NCBI GenBank assembly: GCA_963715245.1
Contig: CAVQRM010000002.1
Span: 219,692-283,691, forward strand
Direction of reading: 5' to 3'
Source of the DNA: an uncultured Chloroflexia bacterium
Lineage (GTDB): Bacteria > Chloroflexota > Limnocylindria > Limnocylindrales > CSP1-4
Length of the DNA stretch: 64,000 nucleotides
This document shows, piece by piece, positions 26,815 through 37,200 of the stretch (position 1 is the first letter of the stretch; every line of letters begins with the position of its first letter). A program made the position numbers and the translations under genes. The notes under the pieces are model-generated. The model was not told where the DNA came from, ran no database searches, and worked only from the letters and a program-made list of their open reading frames with translations.

Positions 26815-27173
26815 GCGACGCGTCCGACCCGGAATCCCCGACCCGGCGGCGGCGGCCTTCGCGTGTCGGCGACCTGCTGCCAGAGGCGGCCCGCGCGCTC
26901 GGGCTGGAGCACGAGCTCCGGCTGGCGCGAGCGATCGCAACCTGGGACGCGATCGTCGCCGAGCGCGTGGCGCCCGCGGCCGGGTCGTGCCGCCTTGTCG
27001 GGCTGGAGCCGGACGCGATCGTGGTGGCGGTCGACGAACCGATCGTCGCGGCCGAGCTTCGGATGCGCGCGATCGAGCTGCTGGCGGCGTTCGCCGTCGC
27101 GCCGGGTGGTGCACGGGTCCGGCACCTCAAGCTCCGCGGCGATCCCACGGGCTCGAGAGGGCGGACGCCCTGA
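26811..27173 (+). CDS. dciA: DUF721/DciA-family protein
   Basis: GTGA overlap with the recF stop. VGDLLPEAARALGLEHELRLARAIATWDAIVAERVA...VVAVDEPIVAAELR is the typical DUF721 pattern, in the conserved post-recF position. Confidence 0.75.
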   Translation: MSDASDPESPTRRRRPSRVGDLLPEAARALGLEHELRLARAIATWDAIVAERVAPAAGSCRLVGLEPDAIVVAVDEPIVAAELRMRAIELLAAFAVAPGGARVRHLKLRGDPTGSRGRTP

Positions 27174-27311
27174 GCGAGGGGGCCGAGCCTGACGGACCGC
27201 CCGACCGGGGGATCGGCGGCACCCGCGTATAATCCCTCTCCCGCCGCCAAGCGGGAATCCGCGTCACGTCAGCGCGCCCGTGCGCGTCGCAGACCCAATG
27301 AGGCTCTCTCC

Positions 27312-29591
27312 TTGGCCGTCCGTCTCCAGCTGAAGCTCGGCGCCGTCACGGATCAGGATCGACTGCCGGACTCCCCCGACACCGTCGTTGTCGTGGAGCC
27401 GGCAGTCGGGTCCGTGGGACGCACGAAGGGCAACCTGTACCTGCTGGTCACCTCCAGGGTGTCCGGGCCTCGCGCGCGCGAGGCGACCAGGGTCGTCGCG
27501 GACACGATCAGGAACGAGTACTACTACGACGAGTCGGCCGGGATCCGACAATGCCTGATCAAGGTCATGGGCGTAGCCAACAAGCGGCTCGCCCACCAGC
27601 GGGACCGGTACGGTCTCGGGCACGCGGCGGACGGGGCGGGCCCGATCGGCGTCGCGGTGGCGGTGGTCCGTGGTCGCGAGATGTACGTTGCGACGGTCGG
27701 ACCCGCCGAGGCCTACCTCATCCGCCAGGCGCGCCTCTCGACGCTGCCGGACCCGAACCGGGAGCGAGGCCTCCCGGCCGAGGAGCTCGAGCCGGAGGTC
27801 TGGCGGGGCGAGCTGTCGGTCGGCGACTCCCTGTGCCTGGTCTCGGCGAACGTCGTGGCCCGCATCGGGACGGACGCCCTCAAGGACGCGCTCGTCACGC
27901 TCCATCCGCAGTCCGCGATCGAGCACCTCCACGCGCGGTTCGTCGCCGCGGATGGCAAGGGCAGCGACGGCGCGGTCGCGTTCGAGGCAAGCGAGGTCGG
28001 CGCGACCCACAAGTCCCGGACCCTCGTCCCCGTCCGGCCCGACGAGCCCCTGGCCGGCGCACCCGACCGCTCACCGATCCCGCTCGCGGACTCGGTGACG
28101 GCCGGGGCGGCCGCGATGACCGCCGGGGCGACCCGGGCCCGCAGCGCCGCGGGCAACGGCTTCCAGCGGGCCGTGTGGAGCGTCCAGGACATGCTGCCGC
28201 GCCGGACCCCGCCCACGCGCAAGGTCACTGCCGCGACATCGCGCATGGAGATGCAGCGGCGGGCTGCGGTCGCGCTCCTCGCGTTCATTGCCGTCGGCGG
28301 CGCCCTCGTGATGGGGGTGTATGCGATCGGCGACCGGACGGGCCCGGGCCTCGCTGCAATCCCATCGCTCACGGCCGCCGAGCGGGCCTTCGAGGAGGCC
28401 GAGGCCGCCCTTTCCGAGGTGACCGGCCCGGGCGTGGACCTCATTGCCGACGATCCGCGACGGGCCCTGGAGCTGCTGAACGCCGCGTACGCCAAGCTCG
28501 ACGAGGCGGCCGACCTCAACTACCCGGCTGGCCAGATCGCGCCACTCCGGAAGGAGGCACTCTCCGGCCTCGACAAGCTGTACGGCGTCGAGCCCGTTCA
28601 CAGCACGACGTTGTTCACCTTCCCGGCGGACGAGGCGCCGCAGCTGGACGCCGTCGTTCGCGGCTCGGACGGGGCCCCGTACGTGCTCGACAGCGCGAAC
28701 AAGACGGTGTGGCGGATCGATCTCAAGAAGCAGAAGGCCACCGCGGTCATGAAGACGAACCAGCGTGCTTCGGGAACGCGGACGGCCGACCCCAAGCTCC
28801 TGACGACCGGCGCCCTCGACGTCCTGATCCTCGATGCCAAGAACAACCTCTGGCGCTGGCGGCCGTCGAACAGCTCAGGCAAGGGCACCCTGGTCCGGAT
28901 CAAGGTCAAGGACTCGGCGTCCTGGGGCGACGACGTCAAGGACATCGCGACGTTCGTGGCCAACTTCGACGCGTCGTTCTACAAGCTGTACGTGGTAGAC
29001 CCGTCCGAGCAGAACATCATGGTCCTCTCGCCAGCCAACGACGGCTCGGGCTATCCGGTCAAGCCGAACCCGCGCCTGCCGACCGAACGCTCCGTTGACG
29101 GCATGACGGACCTGCTCATCGACGGCGACATCTTCGTGGCCGAGAACGGCGCAGTGGCGCGCGTCATCCCGGCCGCGGGCTGGGATACGGATGGGCCCGG
29201 CGACACGGCGGTGCGGCCCGACCCTTCGTACACCATGATCTCGTCACCCGACCGGCCTGACGGCTCGTCCAGCCGCCGAAACGGGATCATCTACGCGTTC
29301 GACGCGGCGCACGATCGCGTCGTCGCCTTCAACAAGTCGGACGGGGAGTACATCGCGCAGTACCGGCTCGCCGCGGGGGACGATGCGTGGGCCGGCTTGC
29401 GCGGGATGGTCGTCCTGCCGGCCGCCGACGCCGAGGCACCGTCGACCATGTGGTGGATCTCCGACACCGGCCTGCACAGCGCGGTCCTGGAGGCCGTCCC
29501 CGACGCGCCGCCGCCGACTCCATCGCCCGACGCGTCGCCCAGCGCCGACCCCGAGGCGACCAAGAAGCCGGCGAAGACGCCGAAGCCCTGA
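27312..29591 (+). CDS. Membrane protein with N-terminal PP2C-like fold, one TM helix and a large extracytoplasmic beta-rich domain
   Basis: 759-aa ORF with a TTG start. The N-terminal GNLYLLVTSRVSG...AREATRVVADTIRNEYYY...GVAVAVVRGREMYVATVGPAEAYLI resembles PPM/SpoIIE-type folds. The TM helix is AAVALLAFIAVGGALVMGVYAI. The tail is P/S/T-rich. Confidence 0.55.
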   Translation: MAVRLQLKLGAVTDQDRLPDSPDTVVVVEPAVGSVGRTKGNLYLLVTSRVSGPRAREATRVVADTIRNEYYYDESAGIRQCLIKVMGVANKRLAHQRDRYGLGHAADGAGPIGVAVAVVRGREMYVATVGPAEAYLIRQARLSTLPDPNRERGLPAEELEPEVWRGELSVGDSLCLVSANVVARIGTDALKDALVTLHPQSAIEHLHARFVAADGKGSDGAVAFEASEVGATHKSRTLVPVRPDEPLAGAPDRSPIPLADSVTAGAAAMTAGATRARSAAGNGFQRAVWSVQDMLPRRTPPTRKVTAATSRMEMQRRAAVALLAFIAVGGALVMGVYAIGDRTGPGLAAIPSLTAAERAFEEAEAALSEVTGPGVDLIADDPRRALELLNAAYAKLDEAADLNYPAGQIAPLRKEALSGLDKLYGVEPVHSTTLFTFPADEAPQLDAVVRGSDGAPYVLDSANKTVWRIDLKKQKATAVMKTNQRASGTRTADPKLLTTGALDVLILDAKNNLWRWRPSNSSGKGTLVRIKVKDSASWGDDVKDIATFVANFDASFYKLYVVDPSEQNIMVLSPANDGSGYPVKPNPRLPTERSVDGMTDLLIDGDIFVAENGAVARVIPAAGWDTDGPGDTAVRPDPSYTMISSPDRPDGSSSRRNGIIYAFDAAHDRVVAFNKSDGEYIAQYRLAAGDDAWAGLRGMVVLPAADAEAPSTMWWISDTGLHSAVLEAVPDAPPPTPSPDASPSADPEATKKPAKTPKP

Positions 29592-29619
29592 TCCCCGCGG
29601 CGCATGGGATAATCGGCCC

Positions 29620-30216
29620 ATGGCCGACGAGGGCGTCACCGAGATCGAGATGATCGTCGACAGCGTGCGCGTCCACATGCGCACCGGTCGGCACGTCCTC
29701 GTCCTGCGCGAGGCGGGCCGCGGGCGTCTGCTGATGATCTGGGTCGGCGTGAACGAGGCGAACGCCATCGCGATGAAGCTCCAGGGCGTCACGCCGGAGC
29801 GCCCGCTCACGCACGACCTCATCGTCAACATGCTCGATGCGCTCAACGTCCGCATTGAGCGGATCGTCATCTCGGACCTTGCCGACGAGACGTTCCACGC
29901 ACGGCTGCGCCTCGTGGGCGCCGACGCGACCAGCGACATCGATGCGCGCCCCTCCGACTCGATCGCCCTCGCCGTGCGACTGTCGGCGCCGATCTACGCC
30001 ACCTCGGACGTGCTGGACCGCGCGGCGACGTCCCCGGACGCCGACGTCGCCGACGACGAGGGGGACGAGGGCGGCGAGGGCTCACGGCGCCTGTCCGCAG
30101 CCGCTCTCGAAGCGACCGGCGAGCCGATCGATCAGGCGCGCCTGGACATCTTCCGGGAGTTCGTGAACTCGCTCGACATCGACCAGGATCCGCGCGGCGG
30201 CGGGTCCTCCAGCTAG
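29620..30216 (+). CDS. Bifunctional nuclease (DUF151/BFN) family protein
   Basis: From ATG 29620: MADEGVTEIEMIVDSVRVHMRTGRHVLVLRE...IWVGVNEANAIAMKLQGVTPERPLTHDL...FHARL. Confidence 0.8.
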   Translation: MADEGVTEIEMIVDSVRVHMRTGRHVLVLREAGRGRLLMIWVGVNEANAIAMKLQGVTPERPLTHDLIVNMLDALNVRIERIVISDLADETFHARLRLVGADATSDIDARPSDSIALAVRLSAPIYATSDVLDRAATSPDADVADDEGDEGGEGSRRLSAAALEATGEPIDQARLDIFREFVNSLDIDQDPRGGGSSS

Positions 30217-31022
30217 GGCTGGCCGGGCTCCTCGCCCAGGATCGGACTGCCCCGGCGGAGCGCCCGCTCGCGGTTCGCCCACAGCCGCAGGCGGAGCATC
30301 CAGAAGTCCTTGACCGCGCGCCAGATCACCGCGGGCTTGGCGCCGGTCGGCGAGCCCGCCGTACGCGCATAGTGTGGGACCCCGACCTCGACGATCGAGC
30401 GACCCTCGTTCAGGGTCCGGATGAGCAGCTCCGCGGAGAAGAACGCGCCGCCCGACTCCACCCGTACCCCGTCCAGCGACGCCCGCCGGAACAGCTTGCA
30501 GGCGCAGTCCACGTCCTTGACCCGGAGCCCGAAGAAGATCCGGTTGGCGAGCTTGTACGTTCGCGCGTACAGGATCCGGATGAAGGGGTCGGCGCGCTTG
30601 ATCCGGTACCCGACGACCACGTCCGGATGGTCTGCTTCGGCCATCCGCGCTGTCAGCCGTGCGACATCCGCGATCCTGAACTGGCGGTCGCCGTCGGTGA
30701 AGCACAGCAGCTCGTACCGCGAGGCCTCGAACCCGGAGCGCAGCGCCCCACCGTACCCGCGGTTCACCTCGTGGTGGACGGCACGCACGATCCCCGGATG
30801 CGCCGCCGCAAGGCGGTCCGCGATCTCCGCGGTGCGGTCCTTCGACCCGTCGTCGACGGCGATGATCTCGAACTCGTCCGCGATCAGCGGGAGCGTCGCC
30901 AGCGCCTCGTCGATCAGCCCCTCCAGGTTGGCCTCCTCGTTGTGCGCGGGAAAGAAGTACGAGAGGCGCGGCACCCGCGCAGCGGCAGGGATGGCCGCGC
31001 CGGGCGACGTGGCATCGGTCAT
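30213..31022 (-). CDS. GT2 polyprenol-phosphate glycosyltransferase (Ppm1/Dpm1-like synthase)
   Basis: From ATG 31022 (ATGA overlap with the upstream stop): PRLSYFFPAHNEEANLEGLI...EIIAVDDGSKDRT...LCFTDGDRQF. Confidence 0.8.
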   Translation of the reverse strand: MTDATSPGAAIPAAARVPRLSYFFPAHNEEANLEGLIDEALATLPLIADEFEIIAVDDGSKDRTAEIADRLAAAHPGIVRAVHHEVNRGYGGALRSGFEASRYELLCFTDGDRQFRIADVARLTARMAEADHPDVVVGYRIKRADPFIRILYARTYKLANRIFFGLRVKDVDCACKLFRRASLDGVRVESGGAFFSAELLIRTLNEGRSIVEVGVPHYARTAGSPTGAKPAVIWRAVKDFWMLRLRLWANRERALRRGSPILGEEPGQP

Positions 31023-32668
31023 GGGATGGACTCCTGGCGGCCCGTGACCCGGAAGAGGTTTCCCGGACGGCCGGCCTTCTCGATCGTATAGCGGTCGGCG
31101 AGCTCCTGCACCTGGGACTCGTTGACGCGCATCAGGTAGACGGGCCGTGTGTCGATGTTGGCCTCGATCACGTCGGCGACCTCGCCCAGGTCCTCGTCCA
31201 GGCGCGTCCGGTCGTCCACGATCCAGATGTCCGGTCGCCTGCCCTCCACGTGCTGGCCGTACCACATCGGCGTCGAGTACGACCACCAGGACACGACGAC
31301 GGCATCCGGTTCCATGGTCTCGAACGCCTGGTCGAGCCAGCCGGCGACCCAGGTCGATCGCGAGAGGTCCACGGCTACCCAACGCTCGCGGAACGCCGTC
31401 GCCGTGGGGACGAGGAGCGCGACGCCGACGATGGCCGGGACGAGGATCTGCAGGGGCAGTGACCGGCCGGTGGCCCTCGCGAGATCCGTCGGCGGCGCTT
31501 CGCCGGCTGCGTCCTCCTCGTCCGTGCCAAGGACGCGAGCCACGACTGCTCCGCCGAACGCCGCGATCCAGGTCCAGGCGAAGAACGCGGGCCCGATGTA
31601 GTAGCGGTCGATCGCCGCGTTCGCATAGGACGCCGCGAAGAAGGAGGTCAGGAGGACCGCGGCGCCCGAGAACAGCGCGTAGCGGGGGAACCTGACGGCC
31701 GTGACGAGGAAGCCCGCCGGGATGAACACGATCAGCGGCCCGAACTGGGCGGCCGTGAGATCGACAAGCCGGGCAACCTTGCCCGGCAGATCCGTGAGCG
31801 GGCTTCCGACGTCGTTCTGGAACTGGTCCGCGAGGACGATCTCCCAGAACCCCTCCCAGGTGTCCGGCGAGCCGTAGACGAGCGGCGCCCGGAACGGTCC
31901 GGCGCGCAGCGGCAGCTGCAGGTAGAGCAACGCGGCCACGCCGAGGCTTGCCCCGAGAGCCGCGAGGATGAGCTTCGGCCGGCGGAGGACGCCGGGCTCG
32001 ACGGCGAGGACGAACAGCCCGATCGCCGGGACCAGCAGCAGCGAGAGGGCATGGTTCGCCACCGCGACCCCGAACAGGGCGGCCGTGCCGACGATCGCCC
32101 GGTCCGCGCTGCGACGGAGGCCGAGGTCGTCGGGGGCGTCGCGCCAGGCCCGGACCCGCGCCTCCCAGCGCAGCAGCCCGAGCGTCACGAGCGCGACGAG
32201 CGCGAGGTGGAGCGCGTGCGCGTCGGCGGCGACGGCGATCGCCCACACGATCGGCGTGAACGCGAAGGCAACCGCGACGGCGCCGGCGACAAGTGGCGGG
32301 GCCCCGAGGCGCCGGCTGACGAAGACGCTGGTGCCCACCGCCAGCGCGACGAGCATCGCGGACAGGAAGTTCATGCTCGTGGAGGCTGCCGCGACCGGCG
32401 CGAGCACCTTCGTCACGAGGAACCCGAGGACGACGTAGGCCGGGAAGCCCGTCGGGTGCATCGTGCCGAGGATCGTGGGGACCGTCTGCGCCTCGGCCGT
32501 GTCCCACGCGCCGAGCCCGGGGAGCATCGTCGCCCGGTAGACGACCAGGGCAAAGACGCTCACCGCGATCGCGACGAGCCAGGTCGCGCCGATCCGGAGT
32601 CGCCCGGTGCTCACGTCCGCCCGGTCCGGCGCCTGGGCGCCGGCGTCGAGCGCGGCCTCACCAGCCAA
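31019..32668 (-). CDS. DUF2723 (TMEM260-like) GT-C membrane glycosyltransferase
   Basis: WDTAEAQTVPTILGTMHPTGFPAYVVLG matches the DUF2723 signature (D/E...HPPGYP). The N-terminal half is polytopic and the C-terminal domain is soluble. The start may instead be 32614. Confidence 0.75.
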   Translation of the reverse strand: MAGEAALDAGAQAPDRADVSTGRLRIGATWLVAIAVSVFALVVYRATMLPGLGAWDTAEAQTVPTILGTMHPTGFPAYVVLGFLVTKVLAPVAAASTSMNFLSAMLVALAVGTSVFVSRRLGAPPLVAGAVAVAFAFTPIVWAIAVAADAHALHLALVALVTLGLLRWEARVRAWRDAPDDLGLRRSADRAIVGTAALFGVAVANHALSLLLVPAIGLFVLAVEPGVLRRPKLILAALGASLGVAALLYLQLPLRAGPFRAPLVYGSPDTWEGFWEIVLADQFQNDVGSPLTDLPGKVARLVDLTAAQFGPLIVFIPAGFLVTAVRFPRYALFSGAAVLLTSFFAASYANAAIDRYYIGPAFFAWTWIAAFGGAVVARVLGTDEEDAAGEAPPTDLARATGRSLPLQILVPAIVGVALLVPTATAFRERWVAVDLSRSTWVAGWLDQAFETMEPDAVVVSWWSYSTPMWYGQHVEGRRPDIWIVDDRTRLDEDLGEVADVIEANIDTRPVYLMRVNESQVQELADRYTIEKAGRPGNLFRVTGRQESIP

Positions 32669-34181
32669 GGATCTGTCCCCACGCGACGCCCCAGAAGTTG
32701 ACGGCCGCGCCCGCGGCGAGCAGCACGAGCGCCGTCAGGCGCGGACGCCCGTCCCCGGCGCGACCCGCCCCGAGGGCCACGAGCGGCAGCAGGAACGGGA
32801 TGAAGTCGAGCGAGAACCGGTACCCCCACTGGACCCAGCCCTGGCTGAAGTGGGCGAGGTTGAACAGCGCCACGACGAGGACGGTGGCGCCCGCACCGAG
32901 GGTGAGGCGGGCGATCGGCCGGCGCCGGATGGCGAACAGGGCCAGCAGCAGCCCGGGGGCGCTCAGGAGGATGCTCGTCCCGGTGTCGACGGGCAGGACG
33001 AGCGGGCACTCGGCGTCGAACAGGCCGCGCGCCGCCGCGGGGTCCTCGCACAGGGTGACGACCGGACCGAGCCCGAGGGTGTCGGGCTTGACCGCGGGCG
33101 CGACCAGCGGCAGCGAGCCGAACATGATCCCGATGTTCTGCGGGATGTACCGGATGTCCTCCACTGACCAGTCGGGGTTGTAGTCGAGCGTGGGGTAGCC
33201 GTTCGCCTCGAGCTGGTACTGGTAGTCGTAGCCGGGATGGATGAAGGACCCGCTCGTGAGGTACGTGTAGGCAAGCAGCGCGGCGACCGGGACCACCCCG
33301 CCGACCGCCGCCGACGCCGTGCGTCGCCCGAGCGACCCGCCACCGCCCACGAGCATGAGCATGGGCGCCGCGAACACGAGCGGCAGGCGGGCGGTCGCCG
33401 CGATGCCGAGGAGCAGGCCCGCCAGGACGTGGGAGCGGTCCAGGGGCCACACGAGACCCACGAGGCGCCGCGCAAGACCAGATGGTGGCACCGGGGGCCC
33501 CGCTGCCGTCGCGCGGCCTGCTGCCGCCTTCCTGACCCGGTCGGCCTCGTCCCATGGATCCTCGTCGGGCGCCAGCGGATCGGCCCGCAGGGCAACGCCG
33601 ACGGCCAGCAGCGCGAAGATCACCGCGACCACGTGGGCGAGATACCAGGTCGTACCCACGGCGGCGGCCCACCACCAGGCAGTGCCGGTTGCGAACACGA
33701 GCGTCGTGAGCGCCCGCACCCCGATCGTGATCCGGAGCCCGCCGAGCATCCACCACGCGACCAGCACGCCGACGGCCGCGAGCGCGATCGTGATCCCCTC
33801 CTGGTCGGTGGCCAGCCCGAAGACGGCGACGAACGGGAGCAGGACGAGCGCGGGCAGCGGCGGGAACGGGAGCAGCACCCGACCCGTGAACTGGCCCGCC
33901 TCGTCGTAGAGCGGATACAGGTCCTGGAGGTACTCGTTGCCGGGCGTCATCGCGGTCCCGGTCACCGGGTACGGGATCCAGACACGCCCGTCGAGGAACG
34001 CGTCGGCCTGCCACACGAAGTGGTTGTACTGGTTGAAATGGGCCGGGTTCGAGACCGTGTACACGAGCAGTGCGCCGAGCGCGATGAGGAGCCCCACGAC
34101 GATGGTCGTGGAGCCGCGGGCGGACGGATGGGGGGTAGGGGGCCACGAGGGACCCTCGGCTATACTCCGCTGCACCTTCAA
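32658..34181 (-). CDS. Polytopic membrane protein, probable GT-C (PMT_2/ArnT-like) glycosyltransferase
   Basis: 507-aa ORF with about 12 hydrophobic helices and an early extracytoplasmic loop (NHFVWQADAFLDGRVWIPYP). It is operonic with DUF2723 and the GT2 synthase. Start uncertain. Confidence 0.5.
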   Translation of the reverse strand: MKVQRSIAEGPSWPPTPHPSARGSTTIVVGLLIALGALLVYTVSNPAHFNQYNHFVWQADAFLDGRVWIPYPVTGTAMTPGNEYLQDLYPLYDEAGQFTGRVLLPFPPLPALVLLPFVAVFGLATDQEGITIALAAVGVLVAWWMLGGLRITIGVRALTTLVFATGTAWWWAAAVGTTWYLAHVVAVIFALLAVGVALRADPLAPDEDPWDEADRVRKAAAGRATAAGPPVPPSGLARRLVGLVWPLDRSHVLAGLLLGIAATARLPLVFAAPMLMLVGGGGSLGRRTASAAVGGVVPVAALLAYTYLTSGSFIHPGYDYQYQLEANGYPTLDYNPDWSVEDIRYIPQNIGIMFGSLPLVAPAVKPDTLGLGPVVTLCEDPAAARGLFDAECPLVLPVDTGTSILLSAPGLLLALFAIRRRPIARLTLGAGATVLVVALFNLAHFSQGWVQWGYRFSLDFIPFLLPLVALGAGRAGDGRPRLTALVLLAAGAAVNFWGVAWGQILGW

Positions 34182-34202
34182 CGCTGCGTTAGGAGGCTCC
34201 CC

Positions 34203-37200
34203 GTGACCGCTCTGGGTTCGGGTGCGCCCGGCCGGGAGACGATGACGGACGATACCTCCCGGCGAGGCCTCGGCTGGCAGATCCTGGCCCTACTGGTCAT
34301 CGGCCTGATCTTCCGGCTGATGATGGCATATGGCCTCGAAGCCCTCCGGGGCTCGGGGTTCGAGACGGATCTCCGCCTCTTCGCCTTCTGGGCGGAGAAC
34401 CTCGCCGATCAGGGGCCGTTCGGGTTCTACGAGCGCGGGTTCTTCGCCGACTACACGCCCGGCTACCTGTACGCCCTGTGGGCCGTCGGCGTCGTCGGCA
34501 ACTGGGTCGGCGGCGTGGGCGACCTGATCAAGCTGCCCGCGATCCTCACCGACGCCGTCCTCGCGTACGTCGTCTACCGGATGGTGCGCGACCTCGGCGT
34601 CACCGAGCGCCGCGCGCTGCTCGCCGCGGCGGTGGTCCTGATCAACCCGGTCACCTGGTTCGACTCGGTGATCTGGGGCCAGGTCGACAGCTTCGGGACG
34701 GTGTTCCTGCTGCTCTCCGTGCGCGAGCTGTGGAAGGGCCGCCACGAGCGAGCCGCGATCCTGGCGGTGGTCGCCGCGCTGATCAAGCCCCAGCTCGCGA
34801 TCCTCGTGCCGATCGTGGCGTTCGTCACGATCCGTCGGGTCCTGTGGCCGAAGGGTGCCTGGGGCGATGAGCCGGCCCCCGAGCCGTCGGGCTTCGGGTG
34901 GGAGCGCCGGACGACGGGGCTGCTGCGTATCTTCAGCACCGGCGTCGCGGGGTTCGTGACCGCGGTGGTCCTGGCCGCGCCGTTCGGGCTGTCGGTCGTC
35001 ACGATCTCGACGACCGCGCCGTACCTCGACTCCTCGCTGCTGCGGCTCGTGTTCAGCACCGCCGCGACGTACTCCTACGTCACCGTCAATGCCTACAACC
35101 TGTGGGCGCTGTTCCCGCTCGACGGCGCCAGCCTGGCCTCCAACGGGGGGTGGATCTACGACGCACCGGTGCCCGACGCGACCGCGTGGGCGCAGATCGG
35201 TCCGTTCCCGGCGGCGCTCGTCGGGGGCGTCCTCCTCGGCGCGCTGCTGTTCGTGATCGTCCCGGCGATCGTGGCCCGGCGCCCCGACCGGCTGACGATC
35301 CTCGTCGGGGTCGCGGTCCTCGCCCTCGCGTTCTTCGCGGTCCCGACGCGCGTCCACGAGCGGTACCTGTTCCCGCTGTTCGGGATCGCGGCGATCCTGT
35401 TCGCGTTCTCATGGCGCTGGCGGATCGCGTACGTCGTCGCGTCGATCGCGACGTTCCTCAACATGTACGTGGTCCTCACGACGCTGTACGGGAACAACCC
35501 GCAGGTGGAGGACTGGCTCGGGATCGGGCCGGCGATCCGCTCCTACGGGGGCGTGGCGCTCGTCGCCGTGCTCCACACCGCCGCGCTCGTGTTCGGCCTG
35601 TGGCAGCTGCGTGACGGGTCGCGCCGCAGGCTGGCAACGGAGCTCGAGGGCGGGCGCCTGCCGGACTGGGAGGCAGCCACCGGGGACGTCCCGGCGCTCG
35701 TCGGTGGGACGACCGTGCGCAACGAAGGGGCCGAGGGCAGGGGCCCGGCAGTGGCCGTGGCGTCGTCGGCGCCCACGGTGCCCCCTGCCGCACTCCTGCC
35801 CACCCAGGCGGTCTCGTCGCCCGCCCGGCGCTCGCCGGCGTGGTTCGAGCGCCGCAGCTGGGGCGACGTCGGGCCCGTCTCGTGGCTCCGTGCACGGATC
35901 GGCGAAACGCCGATCCGCCCGGACAGATCGCGTCTGCTGATCGGCGAGAAGGGCGGGCGCCTCGACCGCCTCGACATCTGGATCCTGATCGTCCTCGTCG
36001 TGGCAGGGATGGGCCTCCGGACCTTCCGCCTCGCGGAACCGGCGCGGATGCACTTCGACGAGGTCTACCACGCCCGGACGGCGACCGAGTTCCTCCAGTC
36101 CTGGCGCTATGGGATCGACGACACGATCTACGAGTGGACCCATCCCCACCTCGCCAAGTACGCCATGGCCGGGGGGATCGCCCTGTTCGCGGGCCAGGAC
36201 GTGGCCGCGAGCAGCGAGCTCGGCGTCGCGGTCCGCGACGCCGTCATCGAGCCCCGGCGGCCGGACCCGACCTCCATGGACCGCGCCGGGGACCGCGTGT
36301 GGATCGCGACGGGCGATGCGCTCGTCGCGTACGACCTCGCGACCCGCGAGCTCGTCGCCGAGCTGCCGCTGCCCGGGGCCGCGGCGGTCGCCTTCGACCC
36401 GGAGAGCACCCAGGTGTACGTCGGCACGGACGCCGGAGCAGTGCTCGCGCTCGACGCGACCGTGCTCGACGCCGTGCGCAACGACGGGTCGTCGGTGGAG
36501 GCAGACCAGGTGCCCGTGGACCTCTCGCCCGTCGCGAGCCTGGACTCGCCGATCGCGCGGCTCGCGGTGTTTGCCGACGGCGATGCCGTCGCGGCGCGGC
36601 TCGCGGGCGACGCCGTGGCCATCCTGGACGCGGCGACCGGCGAGGAACGTGGCCGGGCCACGATCGCGGGCCCGGGCGATCTGGCGGCCGCGGGGCGCAT
36701 CGACGCGATCGTGGCGAAGCCGGCGGAGATCCCCGACCTGCAGGCCGCCGCCGACGAGCTGGCGGCCGTCCTCGGCGGTGACCCGGCGGCGTACCTCGCG
36801 TACCTCGCCGCGGACCCGGACGCCGAGGCGGTCGTCATCGATGCCGTGCTCGACGCGGACGCACGCACGAACCTCGACGACGCCATCGCCGCCGAACGCC
36901 TGCCGGGGATCGTCATCGAGGCCGCCCCGCTGCTCGCCGTGGCGGGCGACGCCGGCGTCTCGCTCGTGTCGACCCGCGGCACGGTGGTGCACGAGGTGGC
37001 GCTCGACGGCGGCTCGACCGGCGTCGTCCTCGTGAGCGGGGTCGACGACGGGACGCAGCTGTACGCGACGACCACCGATGGCGAGACCGGCACCCCGGAG
37101 GTTGCCGTGATCGCCGTGACGGGCGACGACGCCGACGACGGCCCGAAGGTCACGACGACATTCGACCTGCCGGGCGCCGGCTCGCGGATCACGTACGACC

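Noticed and set aside
33237-34202. Upstream 320-codon extension of the giant GT-C ORF (the track starts it at 33237)
   Set aside because: The extension is R/E/H/P-rich junk antisense to the 507-aa membrane protein gene. A GTG with a well-spaced AGGAGG at 34203 (or ATG 34242) precedes the first hydrophobic GT-C helix.
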